From: Eledone cirrhosa
Lineage: Eukaryota
Reading direction: 5' to 3'
Assembly: GCA_964016885.1 (NCBI GenBank)
Contig: OZ024740.1
Coordinates: 276,396,001-276,460,000, forward strand
Length of the DNA: 64,000 nt
Part shown: positions 60,790-64,000 of the stretch, piece by piece
How positions within the stretch are numbered: the stretch's first letter is position 1
Layout: the number at the start of each line of letters is the position of its first letter
Translations under genes and position numbers: made by a program
The notes under the pieces: model-generated
What the model was told of the DNA's origin: nothing
Database searches by the model: none
Seen by the model: only the letters and a program-made list of their open reading frames with translations

Positions 60790-62035
60790 TTAACCCTTTA
60801 GCATTTACATCCCAAATGCAAAGTATGGGTGCATAAAAGATGTAGTGGGATCACAGGTAAGCTAACTAAGAACATAGATTTTACATGTGGCCGGTGCTCT
60901 GGTGCAATAAGTAGCAGCAAGTGCCCACAAAATACTAGTTCCTTCAACTGCGCAGAGGGTTCTATAGAAATAGTGGACAGCTTCCGTTATCTGGGTGACA
61001 AAATCAGCAGTGGGGGAGGGTGCTCTGAAAGTACAGTAGCTAGAGTCAGAACTGGATGGAAAAAGTTCAGAGAGCTTATACCACTATTAGCCGCTAGAGG
61101 GTTCTCCCTAAAAATGAAAGGCAGGTTATACGATGCCTGCATACGAACAGCAATGCTGCATGGCAGTGAGACCTGGGCATTGTGTGCAGAGGATATACGC
61201 AGACTAGAGAGGAACGAAGCTTGCATGCTCCGCTGGATGTGCAATAGTAATATACGTGAACGGCAAAGCATAAACGAACTAAGGAAAAAATTAGAAATAA
61301 GAGGGATCAGATGTTGTTTACTCGAGAGAAGGCTACGTTGGTACGGTCACGTGATGCGCATGAAAGACGACAGCTGTATAACAAAGTGCAGGGCAATAAA
61401 GATAGACGGTAGCCACGGAGTAGGCAGACCCAGAAAAACATGGGACGAGCTGATAAATTCCGACCTCACACGCTTACACCTCTCCAAGACAATGTCACTG
61501 GACCGAGACCTTTGGCGGTACTCAGTAATAGAGAAGACCCGCCTTACCTAAATACAAAGTAAAAACCTACTACAGTCAGTAGGCATCTCTATCAAAACAC
61601 ACCCCCGTCCCACCACCTCCACCCCACCCACACCGCCCCTTTCAATGTAAAGTTATGTTGGTCCCACAACATCCAGGCCGAAACAAATGAGATCGTGTAG
61701 GTGTCACGACAAAAAACACACAGTCCACGCTGTAAATGTGGCCGTGTAGGCAACACGGTAAAAACCTCCCAGCCCCACACTGTAAATGTGGTTGGTGTTA
61801 GGAAGGGCATCCAGCTGTAGAAAACCCGCCAGACAGTCCACGCTGTAATGTGGCCGTGTAGGCAACACGGTAAAAACCTCCCAGCCCCACACTGTAAATG
61901 TGGTTGGTGTTAGGAAGGGCATCCAACTGTAGAAAACCCGCCAGACAGTCCTATGCGAGCAAGACAACCACTCTTGCCTCAAGTGGGAAAACCCCCGTCC
62001 AAACCCATGCAAGCGTGGAACACGGACGCTAAACC

Positions 62036-62067
<32 letters not shown>

Positions 62068-62273
62068 GCTCTATATTTACTATTGCATTTTCATGGTAAA
62101 CACTTTATTTCCTTTACTTATCTCACATAATATCAAATCTACGAGATTTTGATATTATTTATTTTGGAATAATATCTTAGCATAAGTATGAGCAGCCAGT
62201 TATGGCCAGTTTGAACAGAAAGAGGTGAGAGAATTCTGGCTGGATACGGCCGGTTTAAATGCTAAAGGGTTAA
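60790..62273 (+). mobile_element. piggyBac-type MITE family 1 split by a LINE insertion (60790-60810 and 62067-62273)
   Basis: Left TIR ends ..GCATTTACAT; MITE resumes TGCTCTATATTTAC after the LINE tail; right TIR and TTAA intact. Confidence 0.9.
60811..62066 (+). mobile_element. Young RTE LINE copy B (5'-truncated; open frame 60811-61551)
   Basis: PKCKVWVHKRCSG..FTCGRC Cys-rich segment, then RT end and RTE C-terminus; two 3'UTR units; (GAT)n tail. Confidence 0.95.
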
Positions 62274-62705
62274 AAGGGACAACAAATATTTCAGCCCCCA
62301 AACATGTGCTAACTTATTACAAACCCTAAACAAATAGATTCACTTTAGAACACTACTCCTACAAATGTTACTTCCACCTGTGAATATCATACACAAGTTT
62401 CCTAGTCTACATAAAATAAAGCCATCCAGAAGATTGCTTATGTATCCTCTAACAATGTTCTACTCACCATCATATTCTGAACTCAAGGGCACAGTTAATA
62501 TTGTAAAGAGATATTGTTGCTATCATGATAAAATACACCCAGTAAATACAGTACAATGGTTAGATTAGGATTAGGAAGGACATCCAGCCACAGAAACCAT
62601 CACATAATGGTAACACCGATTCATATCTATTTATATTTCAGCTTTATTTTCACCCCATTTTTTTATCCTCATATATTATTCACTCATCTTATGATTCCTA
62701 CATTA

Positions 62706-63153
62706 TTTCTTCTTCTTCTTTTTCTTCTTCTTCTTCTTCTTCTTCGTCGCCGTCTTCTTCTTCGTTGCTGTCTTCTTCTTCTTCTTCTTCTTCTTCTTCT
62801 TCTTCTTCGATTTCTTCGTCTTCTTCTTCGTCGTCTTCATCTTCTTCTTCTTCTTCTTCTTCTTCTTCTTTTGCTTCTTCTTCTTCTTCTTCTTTTGCTT
62901 CTTCTTCTTCTTCTTCTTTTGCTTCTGCTTCGTCATCGTCTTCTTCTTCTTCTTCGTCTTCGTCTTCGTCTTCGTCTTCGTCTTCGTCTTCGTCTTCTTC
63001 TTCTTCGTCTTCTTCTTCTTCTTTTTGTTTCTTCTTCTTTTGCTTCTTCTTCGTCTTCTTCTTCGTCTTCTTCTTCTTCTTCTTCTTCTTCTTCTGCTTC
63101 TTCTTCTTCTTCTTCTTCTTCTTCTGCTTCTTCTTCTTCTTCTTCTTCTTCTT
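62706..63153. repeat. (TTC)n microsatellite with GTC/TGC variants
   Basis: Directly visible. Confidence 0.95.
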
Positions 63154-63334
63154 GTGACTAATCTGGTCTTATATGGAAATGTTTAACATAGTTACCAATC
63201 AAAGCAAATTAGTACCATATTTAATTTAATGCCTCCATCTCAGTGTCTATATCTATATATATACATATGTGTATCTGTATTTCTATGTATGAATTTATAT
63301 ATGTTTATGTACATAAACACACACACACACATAA

Positions 63335-63367
<33 letters not shown>

Positions 63368-63638
63368 GTTAGATTTATAGATAAATACAGTATACATGTA
63401 AATATATATATATATACATAATTTATATATGTGAGTATGTGTTAATGCAATGCCTATATACAGACACCTATTGTGTACTATGATTTTTCCCTAGTGAGGC
63501 ATCACAACACAAGGTCCCCATTATCACCAAAGTCCTTAGTTACTGAACACTAAGCTGCTAGAGAAATCTACCAAGACATTTATTTATGTTAGCCACATTT
63601 ATCATAATTATCTCACTATGTTGTCTACATAGCTTGTC

Positions 63639-63691
<53 letters not shown>

Positions 63692-64000
63692 AGATTCTTT
63701 ATGTGTGTGTTTATCATCATTGTCACCATCATCATGTAATGTTCATTTTCCACGCTTGCATGGGTTAGACAGTTTGTCACGTTATGAGACAAGTCACGTT
63801 TGGAGATGACATCATGCTCATACGGATCTGTATTTTGGCTTGGTTTCTTCAACTGGATACCCTTCCTAATGCCACCCGTGCTACAGTGTTAGATAGCTTG
63901 TCACATTATGAGACAAGTCAGGTCTAAAGACCACACCATGCTCATACAGATTTTGGCTTGGTTTCTACAACTGGATACCCTTCCTGACACCAACCACGTT

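Overview
This is eukaryotic, AT-rich, non-genic or intronic DNA. The repeat families and extreme microsatellite load are most consistent with a coleoid cephalopod (octopus-like) genome, which is an inference from remembered repeat families. No intact host gene is visible, and nearly all ORFs in the track are microsatellite artefacts. Roughly a fifth to a quarter of the window is simple repeats, and much of the rest is transposon debris. Retroelements include three copies of a young RTE LINE 3' end (two nearly identical over about 1.1 kb, with a variable-number 112-bp 3'UTR unit), a tRNA-headed SINE sharing its tail, a second SINE that re-inserts at its own target, four copies of a ~600-bp internally deleted RTE derivative in (ATGT)n tracts, older RTE/Tx1/CR1 remnants, and Penelope-like fragments with degenerate minimal hammerhead motifs. 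DNA elements include two piggyBac-type MITE families, a mariner-like mini hairpin and a foldback MITE. The best host-function candidates are a CpG-rich microexon-like sequence at about 5005-5032 in a transposon-free zone and two clusters of RFX X-box motifs (about 38.9-39.2 kb and 41.8-42.1 kb). I found no convincing novel multi-gene system.
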